DNA of 64,000 nucleotides from Planctomycetota bacterium. GTDB taxonomy: Bacteria > Planctomycetota > PLA2 > JAEUHO01. The first letter of the stretch is position 1. Every line of letters starts with the position of its first letter. A model generated the notes under the pieces. That model did not search any database. It was not told the origin of the DNA and saw only the letters and a list, made by a program, of their open reading frames with translations. The position numbers were made by a program, and so were the translations under genes. The stretch is from the NCBI GenBank assembly GCA_030066775.1, contig JASJAY010000001.1, positions 4,612 through 68,611 of the forward strand. Reading direction: 5' to 3'. Positions 21,033 through 33,031 of this stretch are shown here, piece by piece.

Positions 21033-21551
21033 GTGATCCGCCGTCTGACACCCGGAGACGCACACGCCTTCTTTCGCCTGCGACTCCTCGGCCTCGAGAT
21101 GCACCCGGAAGCGTTCGCGACCGGGGCGGACGCTTGGCGAGAGGCGACACCTGCGCAGGTCGAGGCCACGCTGACCTCGGAGGGCTCGTCTCGAGACAGG
21201 TTCGTGCTCGGGGCGTTCGTCGCCGATGAGCTGGCGGGTCTGCTCGGATTCAGGCGCGAGAGACGGCCGTCCGTTCGGCACAAGGGCAGTCTCTGGGGCT
21301 TCTTCGTTCACCCGGATCACCGCCGAAAGGGCCTCGGTACGGGTCTTCTCCGTGCGGCGCTCGACGAGGTGGCTGCGCAGGGCGGCGTGTCCTTCGTCCG
21401 ACTCGTCGTGACCGCGGGCGACGACGACGCGGCTCGCGTGTTCAGGGCTCAGGGCTTCGAGCCCTATGGCCGGGAGATCGGGGGCCTGCGTTCCGGCAAC
21501 GTGTTCTTCGATCAGGAGTTCATGCGCCGGGACCTGGAAGACGGAGGCTGA
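21033..21551 (+). CDS. GNAT-family N-acetyltransferase
   Basis: 172-aa ORF with GTG start after AGGGGAGG. Motif HPDHRRKGLGTGLLRAAL. Confidence 0.8.
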   Translation: MIRRLTPGDAHAFFRLRLLGLEMHPEAFATGADAWREATPAQVEATLTSEGSSRDRFVLGAFVADELAGLLGFRRERRPSVRHKGSLWGFFVHPDHRRKGLGTGLLRAALDEVAAQGGVSFVRLVVTAGDDDAARVFRAQGFEPYGREIGGLRSGNVFFDQEFMRRDLEDGG

Positions 21552-21778
21552 CCCGCTACTTGTCCGCACGCGCGACGGCGAGTCTGCTTCTGCGCGCAGG
21601 ATCCCGCAACGATGCAGTGCGTTACGATGGTCCCGCCTTGCCACGAATCGGTATGCTCCAGATGCCTGGGCATCTGGATCGGTTGTGCGTGTCGCAGGGT
21701 GGCTGCACGTCGGGTGCAGAGCGATCCCCGTCGTGGTGCACTGGCACGCGACTCGGTGCTCAGGACGGGAGGTTCGGC

Positions 21779-22336
21779 ATGACCCATCGGTTCCCCTGCC
21801 CCGTAGCCACGATCTTCTCGCGACGCGTGCGTCCCGGCTTCGAGGCGCGCTACGAGGAGTGGATGTCGGGCATCGTCGGAGCCACCAACGCGTTCCCTGG
21901 AAGCCAGGGCACGACCGTGCTGCGCCCATCTGCCAGTCGCCCGGAGTACCTCGCGATCGTCCAGTTCGACGCCCCGCGCAACCTCGAGCGCTGGATGGAG
22001 TCAGAGGATCGCGCGGCATGGCTGGGGAAGCTCGAGGACATCACGCTCGAGTCGGAGGAGATCTCCTCGATGACCGGCATGGAGCGCTGGTTCACGCTGC
22101 CGGACCGCGCCGTCTCGCAAGCGCCGCCGAAGCACAAGATGGCCGTGGTGATCTTCCTGGGCATCTATCCGTTGATCATGCTCATCGGGGCGCTGCTGCA
22201 GCCGATCGTCGGGCACTGGCCCGTGGCGCCGCGCATCCTCGCGTCGCTGGTGATCACGATTCCGCTCATGACGTGGATCGTGATGCCGTTGCTCACGCGC
22301 CTGTTCTTCGGCTGGCTCTATCCGGAGCCCACCTAG
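21779..22336 (+). CDS. ABM (antibiotic-biosynthesis-monooxygenase-like) domain protein with C-terminal membrane segment
   Basis: Track ORF 21560..22336 trimmed to ATG 21779 after GGGAGG. Ferredoxin-like ABM N-terminal domain (ATIFSRRVRPGFEARYEEWM...NLERWMESEDRAAWL) followed by two TM helices. Confidence 0.7.
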   Translation: MTHRFPCPVATIFSRRVRPGFEARYEEWMSGIVGATNAFPGSQGTTVLRPSASRPEYLAIVQFDAPRNLERWMESEDRAAWLGKLEDITLESEEISSMTGMERWFTLPDRAVSQAPPKHKMAVVIFLGIYPLIMLIGALLQPIVGHWPVAPRILASLVITIPLMTWIVMPLLTRLFFGWLYPEPT

Positions 22337-22345
22337 GCCCGGGCT

Positions 22346-23263
22346 TCAGGCGAACGCACCCGCCATGGCGCGCAGACCGGAGAGCGCATCCGCCCAGAGA
22401 CGCCCCGCGTGCGCGGAGCCGGGGTCCAGGCTCTCGATCTCGTCCAGCCACCGCACGCCTTCGTAGACAACGCGTAGGAACAGGACGGCGTCGAACGAAC
22501 GCCGCAGCGTGTCGCGATCGGTGACGCCCCCGAACGCGGAGAGGTACGCGTCGATGACGGCCGCCTTGCGTACAGCGTCGGTCCAGCACGAGTCGAGCAA
22601 TCGGTCACACGCGAAGAAGGGATGGCCGACGACGACGTCGCTCCAATCGAGCAGCGTCGGGCCGCTGTCGGACACCAGGACGTTCTCCGGAACGATGTCG
22701 CGATGCACGAGCGTGTCGGGCACCGGATCGGCCGTAAGCGTTGCGCACGCCTCCTCGATCCGCGGTGTGAGGGACCGAAGCGCATCGCACACGTCCCGTT
22801 CGAGTTCACGAAATGCGGCTGTGAACAGACCCTGGATCGCCGTGAAGAGGTGGTCCCCGGAGAGATCGCGGCAGCGGAGCATGCGCCACTCCTCCGTGTG
22901 CGGTGTCTCCGACACCTGGAGCTCGCCGAGTCGGCGCACGGCAGTGCACCAGAGCTCCGTGGGATCCTCCACGCGCAGGGGGCGCCCGGCGTCGCGCGTA
23001 AGGCTCCAGCCGTGTGCTTCGTCGAGGGCAACTACGACGGCGATGTCCGCGGAGCGCCGCTCCGCAAGGCGGCGGAGGACCGAAGCCTCCGAGGGGCCGT
23101 GACTCTGGTCCTCCTTGAAGTACCAGCGAGCGTCGCCGTCTTCGAGGCAGGCAAGCCAGGACCGCGGGGCGGCGCCGGCGCGGGTCACGTGTACGGCGGC
23201 CGGCGCGAGTGCGGCTCGCACCCACGCCTCCGCGCCTTCCGGCCAGTCGGTCGTCGTGCTCAC
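22346..23263 (-). CDS. aminoglycoside/choline-kinase-like phosphotransferase (APH family)
   Basis: Track ORF 22346..23380. GTG 23263 is preferred because it avoids overlap with the upstream gene. Kinase motifs HRDIVPENVLV and LLDWSD. Confidence 0.7.
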   Translation of the reverse strand: MSTTTDWPEGAEAWVRAALAPAAVHVTRAGAAPRSWLACLEDGDARWYFKEDQSHGPSEASVLRRLAERRSADIAVVVALDEAHGWSLTRDAGRPLRVEDPTELWCTAVRRLGELQVSETPHTEEWRMLRCRDLSGDHLFTAIQGLFTAAFRELERDVCDALRSLTPRIEEACATLTADPVPDTLVHRDIVPENVLVSDSGPTLLDWSDVVVGHPFFACDRLLDSCWTDAVRKAAVIDAYLSAFGGVTDRDTLRRSFDAVLFLRVVYEGVRWLDEIESLDPGSAHAGRLWADALSGLRAMAGAFA

Positions 23264-23322
23264 GTTCCGCCCCTCGGTCGTCCAACCCGTCGATGATTGC
23301 ACGGCGGGGGCCGCATGGCTCC

Positions 23323-23814
23323 TCACGACCGTGACAGCGGGACCACCTCGCAGTTCTCGAAGGCGAGATGGCCGGGCCACCGGAGGCGGAGCCTCCCGTT
23401 CATGATGCCCGTCGTCCGCATGCCCTCGATGACGCTCAGGTCGGGCGGCACCACCTCACGCACCGTCCTGGTGGCCGACTCGCAGCCGAGTACGACCACG
23501 GCGTCGTGGTTCTTCGCCCGCTTCTGGAGCTTCCTGCGCCGGCGCGCGGTCCACATGCACATGAACCACGTGTGGGGGAGGCGGTTGCGGAAGATGTCGG
23601 TGCGCACACCCTCCTTGGCGAGGCGGTCTTGCAGCGTCTTCAGGTACGCCTCGAATGGTGCGGACTTGACCCAGCTCCTGAAGAACCGCAGGAACGGCCG
23701 CTTCTCTCGTATGGCCACCGTGACGGCCGGGCACAGGTTGCACGGAACGATGAGAGCGGAACGGATGCCTGAGAGCGTCGCAGTGACATCCAGGTCTTCG
23801 AAGTGAACGGGCAT
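23323..23814 (-). CDS. Cys-containing hypothetical protein
   Basis: 163-aa ORF with good G/C third-position bias. Contains CNLCP, MCMW and LGCES cysteines. No family recognised. Confidence 0.5.
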   Translation of the reverse strand: MPVHFEDLDVTATLSGIRSALIVPCNLCPAVTVAIREKRPFLRFFRSWVKSAPFEAYLKTLQDRLAKEGVRTDIFRNRLPHTWFMCMWTARRRRKLQKRAKNHDAVVVLGCESATRTVREVVPPDLSVIEGMRTTGIMNGRLRLRWPGHLAFENCEVVPLSRS

Positions 23815-24071
23815 GGGTCCATCCCCTTTCGGTCGGTCAGCGCTCGGTCCCCCCTGGGCTCAACGTGTCGGGGCGCCGATGCACGGGCACTGGGATGGGT
23901 ACCAGCGATTTTCGCGCCGCACGGATCGAGCCGCCGACGCGCAGTCCGCCCCAGCGGGATGGCCGCCGGGCTGTCGGGTCGGAGTGGGAATCCCCACCGT
24001 CGTGGGTGCTCCTCCCCAACGCGCGCGGCGGGTGTCAGCACCGGTACGCCTTCGGCGGCGATGCGTCGGGC

Positions 24072-24614
24072 TTACGGGCGACGCTCTTCGATGACGCGAC
24101 CGGGGCTACGGAAGGCCGCGGCGCCCTCGGTTCCTCTGCGGCCGAACATCACGGCTTCGATCACTGGGGCCGAGACGGCATTGCCCGATCCCCATTCGAC
24201 GATGACGTTGGCGCCGAGACCACCGGTCATGTCCTTCTGCGAAACGATGACGGTCGTCGTATCCAGGGGCCCGAGTGCACGCGCGTCCTGCAAGTACTCG
24301 CGGAGGAACTTGCCGTCGTTGTCGTAGTACCGCGCGGACGTGATGGTGATCGACTGCTTCGGGTCCGTGTTGCGGATGCTCACATTGACGGCGAACGCGT
24401 ACCGCTTCTTGCCCTTGCCCTTGCCGAACCCGAACTCCGAGTAGACGGGGACGTAGACGACCTGGCCATAGGCCAGGTCACTCGGCGTCAGCGAATCCCG
24501 GGAGACCGGCGAGCCGCCGTACACGGCCGCGGACGCCGACGGGAGCGCCGAGTCACCGCATCCGGTGAGCACGAGTGCTAGCGCGAGCACGACGAGTCGA
24601 TCGATCCTGGTCAT
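24072..24614 (-). CDS. DUF3124-family lipoprotein
   Basis: 180-aa ORF. Lipobox VLTGCG. The VVYVPVYSEF...NVSIRNTDP...ARYYDNDGK pattern is recalled from DUF3124. Confidence 0.7.
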   Translation of the reverse strand: MTRIDRLVVLALALVLTGCGDSALPSASAAVYGGSPVSRDSLTPSDLAYGQVVYVPVYSEFGFGKGKGKKRYAFAVNVSIRNTDPKQSITITSARYYDNDGKFLREYLQDARALGPLDTTTVIVSQKDMTGGLGANVIVEWGSGNAVSAPVIEAVMFGRRGTEGAAAFRSPGRVIEERRP

Positions 24615-24782
24615 GCGGACCTCCCAGATCAGGGCGTACCGTCATGGCGGACGGCCCGCCGTGGGCCAACGCTACCACCACGGCCTCGCTGACCGGAGGG
24701 GGCCCCGGGGATCGAAGGGCTTTCTGGCGGGCGACGCACAGCCCGGGCGCTCGCTCGAGCCCCTGCGCGTAGACTCCGTGCC

Positions 24783-25337
24783 ATGTCCCGCGTGCGCGTG
24801 TATCTCGCCAGCTCCGTCGACGGCTACATCGCCGGGCCCGGCCACAGCATCGATTGGCTGAACGAGGACCATGGCACGCCGTCGAGCCCGCCGGCGGCCG
24901 AGGGCGTGCTCGGCTTCCATGACTTCATGGCGCAGGTGGGTTGCATGCTCATGGGACGCCACACGTACGACCTGCTCGTGCGACTCGATGCGGACTGGCA
25001 CTACGGCGACACGCCCGTGCACGTCACCACGCGGCGACCTCTCGAGCGGGTGCTCGCCGACACCGTGCGGCCGGTCGCGGGCGACATCGAAACGCTGGTC
25101 GCCGATGCCAAGGAGATCGCCGGCTCTCGCGACGTCTACCTCGATGGGGGTGACCTCGTTCGTCAGGGGCTGGATGCAGGGCTCGTCGACGAGCTGACGA
25201 TCACCTGGATCCCCGTGCTGCTGGGCGCAGGCGTTCCGCTCTTCCAGGGACTCCAGAACCGATTCGACCTCGCCTTCACGGCCCACCACGACCATGGCAA
25301 CGGCCTCTTGCAGGTGACGATGCAGAGGCGGGGCTGA
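24783..25337 (+). CDS. dihydrofolate-reductase-like (RibD C-terminal domain) family protein
   Basis: 184-aa ORF. MSRVRVYLASSVDGYIAGPGHSIDWL is typical of the RibD_C/DHFR-like family. Confidence 0.8.
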   Translation: MSRVRVYLASSVDGYIAGPGHSIDWLNEDHGTPSSPPAAEGVLGFHDFMAQVGCMLMGRHTYDLLVRLDADWHYGDTPVHVTTRRPLERVLADTVRPVAGDIETLVADAKEIAGSRDVYLDGGDLVRQGLDAGLVDELTITWIPVLLGAGVPLFQGLQNRFDLAFTAHHDHGNGLLQVTMQRRG

Positions 25338-25348
25338 CAAGCGCGGCG

Positions 25349-25810
25349 CTAGGCCTCGACATAGGCGGCGATGTTGCCGGCCTGGATGTCCCAGCCCTCC
25401 ATGTTCGCGCGCAGCACCTCGTGTCGCTTCGAATCGGGAAACTGCAGGAAGCCCGACTCCGTGATGGTGAGCCGTGTGCCACGCTCGGTCGGCTCGAGCC
25501 GGAACGCCGTGATGATCTTCGCGTCGCTGTCGTATGCCGTGTCCGGGTCCACGGCACTCGGGGGCCAGGAGAAGGCGAACAGGCGCTCGGGCTCCATCCG
25601 TTCGGTCACCGAGATCCACTGCATGTCCTCGTGGCCCGGGTACGTGATGTGCCCGGTGGTCGTCGCGCCGACCTCGAACGGGTTGTCGAGGTGGACGCGA
25701 AACCACTGCCCGAACGCCTCGTGGTCCGTGAGGGCCCGCCAGACCCGCGCGACCGGTGCGGCGAGCTCGACGACCTTCTCGATCCGGTCCGGGTCTTCGT
25801 GTGTGCTCAC
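25349..25810 (-). CDS. SRPBCC/AHSA1-like domain protein
   Basis: Track ORF 25349..26056 trimmed to GTG 25810 with AGGAGG upstream. VELAAPVARVWRALTDHEAFGQWF is typical of Aha1/START-like proteins. Confidence 0.75.
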   Translation of the reverse strand: MSTHEDPDRIEKVVELAAPVARVWRALTDHEAFGQWFRVHLDNPFEVGATTTGHITYPGHEDMQWISVTERMEPERLFAFSWPPSAVDPDTAYDSDAKIITAFRLEPTERGTRLTITESGFLQFPDSKRHEVLRANMEGWDIQAGNIAAYVEA

Positions 25811-25946
25811 CTCGCAGCCTCCTGATGGCAACCACCCTAGACGTCGTCCTCGTGAAATGCAGCCGCTCGGTTGCATTCCGTGCGTGTGTTCGAGGAGGTA
25901 CCCTGGGGGGGCTCCTTTGGGCCCGCCTCGTCGCCGGAGGTCCGAC

Positions 25947-26999
25947 ATGAACAAGCTCACCACCAGCCTCGTGGCACTCGCGCTCGTGGCCCTGGTGCAC
26001 GTCCCCTCCGCGGCGGACGAGTCCAAGCAGCCCGAGCGGGAGGGCGCATCGGCCAAGGAAGAGAAGGCGAAGCCGGCGTGGCCCGATCACGTTGCCGCCC
26101 TGGGCTTGCGCTGCGCGTACTACAAGAACGGCCGGATCCACGTGAACGTGCTCGGCACGCCGGAAGGCGAGCCGATCACCAAGCCACCCGAGAAGGAGTG
26201 GCAGGACTTCAAGCCCTCGTGGTCGAAGACGGGCGACATGCTGATCTTCTTCCGTCGCGTGAAGAACGACCCTGTCGTGACCAAGTGGAAGACCGCGATC
26301 TGCGTCATCAAGACCGACGGGACGGGCTTCCATCAGCTGAGCGACGGCACTCACACGGACTTCAACCAGACGTGGACGCGCGACGGCACGAACACGCCCG
26401 TCTGGAACCGGCACAACGACACGGAGACGGGCTTCATCGTCATGGCCAGCAAGGTGGGCAACAAGCCGGGCCAGGAGGTCGCCCTCACCGACGCGGCGTA
26501 CCACAACTGGGTCTACACGTGCCTGAAGGACGGCCGCATGCTGGTCATGTCCGTGCATCCGTCACAGGGCTGGGGGTACTTCCTGATGACGCCCAAGGTC
26601 GGCGGTGGGGGCCGTTACGAACGCATCGACTGTGCCGGGATGGACAAGCTGGGCTTCCTGGATCGGATCAGCCTCTCGCCGAGCGAGGACAAGGTCTGCT
26701 TCGAGCACCAGCTCGGGCACAAGCACAACCCGATGAACCGCGCGCTGTTCGTCGCGGACTTCGACGTGAAGACGCGCAAGATGACGAACATCAAGGCGTT
26801 CGCGAACGAGCACCGCAAGCCCGGCTGGTTCGCCTATCCGCGTTGGACCAAGGGCGCACAGCGAATCGTGTATCACGCCCACGAGAAGGGCGGAACCTCA
26901 CTGCGCCTGTACACGCTCAGTGACGGAACGACGGTCAAGGCCTCCGTCGACCCCAAGGCGGACTATCGGTATCCCCACGGTGAGGGGATGCCCAAGTAG
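25947..26999 (+). CDS. secreted protein, possible PD40/TolB-like beta-propeller
   Basis: ATG 25947 after GGAGG, within track ORF 25371..26999. Signal peptide MNKLTTSLVALALVALVHVPSAAD. Propeller-like strands; the function assignment is weak. Confidence 0.6.
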   Translation: MNKLTTSLVALALVALVHVPSAADESKQPEREGASAKEEKAKPAWPDHVAALGLRCAYYKNGRIHVNVLGTPEGEPITKPPEKEWQDFKPSWSKTGDMLIFFRRVKNDPVVTKWKTAICVIKTDGTGFHQLSDGTHTDFNQTWTRDGTNTPVWNRHNDTETGFIVMASKVGNKPGQEVALTDAAYHNWVYTCLKDGRMLVMSVHPSQGWGYFLMTPKVGGGGRYERIDCAGMDKLGFLDRISLSPSEDKVCFEHQLGHKHNPMNRALFVADFDVKTRKMTNIKAFANEHRKPGWFAYPRWTKGAQRIVYHAHEKGGTSLRLYTLSDGTTVKASVDPKADYRYPHGEGMPK

Positions 27000-27023
27000 G
27001 CGCTTGGCAACACGCGATGCGAT

Positions 27024-27389
27024 CTACGGGTGCCAGTAGAAGCGCTCGTTGACGATCTTGTTGTCCTTCCAGACGGCGCGCGCGATCTGCGCCGTGAACA
27101 CTTCCTTCCCCTCGGTGGTTACGTAGTGGAACGTGCACTCCTGGAAGGTCGTGTTGCCGCCCACGCCGAGGGACTGGACCTCGTAGCCCTTGAACTCCTT
27201 GACCATCGCGAGCCAGTTCTTCTCGCGCTCGATGTTGGCTTCGAGGCCGACGCAGGGCGTCTCGAGGTTCTCCTGCATCTCGACCGAGTCGTCGTAGAAC
27301 TCGTACATCGCCTCGATGATCTTGCCCTCGCGGATCCACTGGCAGAGGTCCTCGAGCCGCTTCATCAGCTGCTGTTCCTGATCCGTCAT
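27024..27389 (-). CDS. SnoaL-like (NTF2 superfamily) protein
   Basis: Track ORF 27024..27638 trimmed to ATG 27389. 121-aa cone-fold-like sequence (IIEAMYEFYDDSVEMQEN...VWKDNKIVNERFYW). Confidence 0.7.
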   Translation of the reverse strand: MTDQEQQLMKRLEDLCQWIREGKIIEAMYEFYDDSVEMQENLETPCVGLEANIEREKNWLAMVKEFKGYEVQSLGVGGNTTFQECTFHYVTTEGKEVFTAQIARAVWKDNKIVNERFYWHP

Positions 27390-27561
27390 GGGTCGTCCTT
27401 TCTGGTGCGCCCTGGCTGCCGCCGCGAAGGGGAGGCAGGAGGCAACCCGCATCGGCGGTGGTGCTGGAGGGCGGAGGGTACGAGGGGACGTAGCGCGCCC
27501 TTGGCGTTGTCGGACTGCGTGACCAGGTCCAATGGCCTCCCCGAGCGGAGGATCCGCGACG

Positions 27562-27978
27562 CTAGAACAGGTGCTCGCCGTCTCGAGCGGCAGCTTGCCG
27601 GACCCAGTCGACGAACTGCTCTTCGTCGATCGCGTCATCCTCGTGGATGTGGAAGTACCTCACCTCCGCGTGCTTGGAGGCAACGGGAGGAAGCGGGCGA
27701 AGCGCTCCGCCGTTCAGGAAGGACACCTTGATGTACTTGGTGAGGCAGTTGAATCCCAGGAACCAGCCTCGTCCCTCGACCCCGTAGAAAGGGGTGTTCC
27801 AGCGCACGGCCTTCATGACTTCGGGCACGGTGTTCACGACGAGCGCGTCGAGGCGGCGGCCGACGGCGCGCTTCCAGCCCGGCATGGCGGCGATGTAGGC
27901 CTGCACGGGCACGTCGCCGTCAGCCTTCGCGATCTGCGGGTTGCCGCCCGACAGGAGCTTCGTCTTCTTCGCCGCCAT
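27562..27978 (-). CDS. DUF1801 (YdhG-like) domain protein
   Basis: 138-aa ORF. AYIAAMPGWKRAVGRRLDALV...RWNTPFYG is typical of DUF1801. Confidence 0.75.
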   Translation of the reverse strand: MAAKKTKLLSGGNPQIAKADGDVPVQAYIAAMPGWKRAVGRRLDALVVNTVPEVMKAVRWNTPFYGVEGRGWFLGFNCLTKYIKVSFLNGGALRPLPPVASKHAEVRYFHIHEDDAIDEEQFVDWVRQAAARDGEHLF

Positions 27979-28012
27979 GCGACGGAGTGTACGTCCGCGA
28001 CGCGATGGGCGT

Positions 28013-28732
28013 CTAGCGACCCGGCCCGCGCGGGGGGCCGCCGCCTGGCGGCCCGGCGGTGGCCTCGGTGATCGCCTGCGCGTCCGTCGCGGACATGAAG
28101 CTCGAGAGCGTCTCGGTGAAGGTGGCGCTGACCTTGGCGATCTGCTCGCCGACCTCCTCGCGACTCAAGCCCGCCTCACGGCCGGAGCGCAGGATCTTGC
28201 GCGTCTCCTGCATGCGAACGGCCATGGCGTCCTCGAGCTTCTTGCGCTGCTCGTCATCGAGTTCGACGCCCAGCTCACCCAGCGTGCGGTCGAGGCGGCC
28301 GCTCATGCGGTTGCGCATGCGGGCGCCCATGGCGTCCTCGACGAGCCGGTCGACGCGCTTTTTCAGGGCGTCACCGGCCTCGCCCTCGGCGTCGGCCACG
28401 AGGTCACTGGCAAGGCCGCCGGCCCCCTTGGCATCCGTGTCGGGCGTCGTGGGGTCGTCGGCTCCGGGCGCCTTCCGCCGCTGCTCGAGTGCGTCCAGGC
28501 GGGACTCGATGTCGCGCACCCGCTGCCACAGATCCGAGCTGTCGAGCGAGCCTTGAAGCGGGGGCTCGCGATCCTCGAGCGCTGCGACGCGCCGCGCCAG
28601 ATCACCGTCGTCGTCCGCGACTGGCGTCACGAGCGGAGCGGGCTCGCTGTCACTGGCGACGAGGACGTGATAGATGCCCAGCCCGCCCGCCATGAGACCG
28701 ACGAGGAGCAGGACCTGCATGCTGTTGCCCAT
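28013..28732 (-). CDS. membrane-anchored coiled-coil hypothetical protein
   Basis: 239-aa ORF. One N-terminal TM helix (VLLLVGLMAGGLGIYHVLV), then an acidic and helical region with a Pro/Gly-rich end. Confidence 0.55.
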   Translation of the reverse strand: MGNSMQVLLLVGLMAGGLGIYHVLVASDSEPAPLVTPVADDDGDLARRVAALEDREPPLQGSLDSSDLWQRVRDIESRLDALEQRRKAPGADDPTTPDTDAKGAGGLASDLVADAEGEAGDALKKRVDRLVEDAMGARMRNRMSGRLDRTLGELGVELDDEQRKKLEDAMAVRMQETRKILRSGREAGLSREEVGEQIAKVSATFTETLSSFMSATDAQAITEATAGPPGGGPPRGPGR

Positions 28733-28847
28733 GGGATCTCCCGTACTCAGGTATGGGAGATTGAACCCGGTGCGGCGCGGTGGGGTCGCCCCGGGCGATG
28801 AGTTCCCCGCTCATCTGCGCGGGCCCGACCGAACCCCACCGCCCCAA

Positions 28848-30961
<2,114 letters not shown>

Positions 30962-30965
<4 letters not shown>

Positions 30966-31873
30966 GGCGCTCCGCCCAGGAGGCCTTGCGCCCGCGCCGC
31001 GCGCTCGACATAGCTCCAGTCCTCGGCCTTGGCCGGGAGATAGGTGGTGCAGCGGTTCGCGCGCAGGATCGCCGCGTGCTCCGGATTCCCCATGCTGAGC
31101 TCGAGGAATGCGTTGGTGAGACGCATGATGACGTGACGCGGCATCGTGCGCTGGACGGTCCACACGTAGTCGGCGTAGGGGGGCGTCTCGGCGAGCACGG
31201 TGACGTGCTGCGCGGACAGCTCGCCGGAGTCGAACTTCGCCTGCACGATCTGGGCGTTCGCGACGCCGATGTCGACGCGCCCGCTCTTGACCCACTCGAT
31301 CGTGTTGTCGTGTGTGCCCGAGAACTCCACGGAAGCGAAGAAGGCCTCCGGCACGATCTTGTCGTCCTCTTCGAGGAAGAAGAGCGGCATGATGTAGCCC
31401 GACGTCGAGAGCTCGTCGTTGAAGGCAATGCGCTTGCCCTCGTAGTCGGTCACGGATGCGCCCGCGCCCTCCGTGCGGACGATGTACGCACTCGTGAATC
31501 GCGCGTCCGTGTCCCGTGTGACGAGCGGCTCGGCCCCGGCGCGTTCGCGGGCCTGGACGAAGGTGGCGCCGCCCAACCAGGCCATGTCGATCTCGCCGCT
31601 GACGAAGCGATCCAGGATGTCGGTGTAGTTCTTCCCGGTCACCAGGTCGAACTTCAGGTCCGTCGACGCCTCGAGGTGTGCGAGGAGCGCGCCGTAGCGT
31701 TTCGCCAGCGCATCCTGGTCCTGGTCGGGGAGCACGCCCACCCGGAGTACGCCGGTCGGCTCGCGCTCGATCGCCCCCTCGCGCAGCTGCCACAGCTCGA
31801 AGCCGGAGATCCCCAGGCCCACGAGGGCGAGGAGGACCAGCAGGCGAATACCGCGCGGCATCGAGGCGATCAC
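30962..31873 (-). CDS. PhnD-like periplasmic substrate-binding domain protein
   Basis: 303-aa ORF with GTG 31873 after GGGAGGA; ATG 31861 is the alternative. LRVGVLPDQD...YTDILDRFVSGEIDMAWLG resembles the PhnD/ABC phosphonate-type SBP fold. Confidence 0.75.
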
Positions 31874-32009
31874 GCCATGCTTCCTCCCGAACTCCCACTT
31901 GATCTTCGCCGGGAGCGCACGAGGCGCAAGGAGCGATCGGCGATCGAGCGCCGGCGTACAAGGACCCCCGCGAGGTGGTAGAAATCACGCAACCGAAGGG
32001 AGCGAGACG

Positions 32010-32528
32010 ATGAACTGGACCGCGCTGCTCAAGAGCGAGTTGGAGGAGACCTTCCGCGCGACCGAGGGGCTGATGGACCTCGTCGACGAGGACAAGCTCG
32101 ATTGGGTGCCCGAGACGGGCGAGAACTGGATGCCGACACGCCAACTGCTGCGCCACCTGACGAACGCGTGCGGCTGGTGCGCCGAGAACTTCGTCGAGGA
32201 TCGCTGGGCCGCGATCATGGCAGGCGACGGCAGCGACGCGCCGCCCTCGGACGTGCAGAGCGTGGCCGAGGCAAAGGCAGAGCTCGCGAAGGACAAGGCG
32301 CGCGCGCTCGCGACCGTCGAGAAGGCGGGGGAAGAGGCGCTCGCCTCGAAGATGCTCGCCGCGCCCTGGGATCCCACCGAGCGGCCCCTCGGGCAGCACG
32401 TGCTCCAGATGATCGGGCATCTGAACACGCACAAGGCGCAGCTCTTCTACTACCTCAAGCTGCAGGGCAAGCCCGTCAACACCTTCACGATGTGGGGCAT
32501 CCCGGAGCCGCAGGCGGACGCGACGTAG
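32010..32528 (+). CDS. DinB-family protein
   Basis: ATG 32010 after GAAGGGAG, within track ORF 31899..32528. Four-helix DinB pattern with conserved His residues (LRHLTNA..., MIGHLNTHKAQL). Confidence 0.75.
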   Translation: MNWTALLKSELEETFRATEGLMDLVDEDKLDWVPETGENWMPTRQLLRHLTNACGWCAENFVEDRWAAIMAGDGSDAPPSDVQSVAEAKAELAKDKARALATVEKAGEEALASKMLAAPWDPTERPLGQHVLQMIGHLNTHKAQLFYYLKLQGKPVNTFTMWGIPEPQADAT

Positions 32529-32554
32529 CGCGTCCTGCGGGTTCGGAGGGGCCG

Positions 32555-33016
32555 ATGATCGACGCGATCCTCGAGACGCTACGAACGAACAACCGGATCA
32601 ACCTGATGCTCTTCGATGCGATCGACGACGAGGGCATGCAGTGCACGCTGTCGAAGCGCGGTGGGCGCAACGTCTTGCGCCAGTTCGCGCACATGCACGA
32701 TGTGCGCCGCATGCAGCTCGATTCGCGCGGACGGAAGCTGGGCATCGAGCTGCGGAAGTTCCCCGCCAAGGAGCCCATCGTGCGCAAGGACGTGCGCGAT
32801 GCCCTGGAGGCCTCGCAGCAAGCGCTCGAGCAGTTCTTCCGCGCGATGGAGACAGGCGAGGCGCGCTGCTTCAAGAAGGGGCCGGTGACCTACCTGGCCT
32901 ACTTCGTGGCGCATGACGCCCACCACCGCGGCAACATCCTGCTGACGTTGAAGGAACACGGCCGGGCCGTGCACAAGGACCTGCGCTACGGCATCTGGGA
33001 TTGGGATCGCCGCTAA
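32555..33016 (+). CDS. DinB-family protein (second, tandem)
   Basis: ATG 32555 after GGAGGGG, within track ORF 32102..33016. Motifs FAHMHDVRR and VAHDAHHRGNI. Confidence 0.7.
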   Translation: MIDAILETLRTNNRINLMLFDAIDDEGMQCTLSKRGGRNVLRQFAHMHDVRRMQLDSRGRKLGIELRKFPAKEPIVRKDVRDALEASQQALEQFFRAMETGEARCFKKGPVTYLAYFVAHDAHHRGNILLTLKEHGRAVHKDLRYGIWDWDRR

Positions 33017-33031
33017 GCCCGGCGGTGCGCG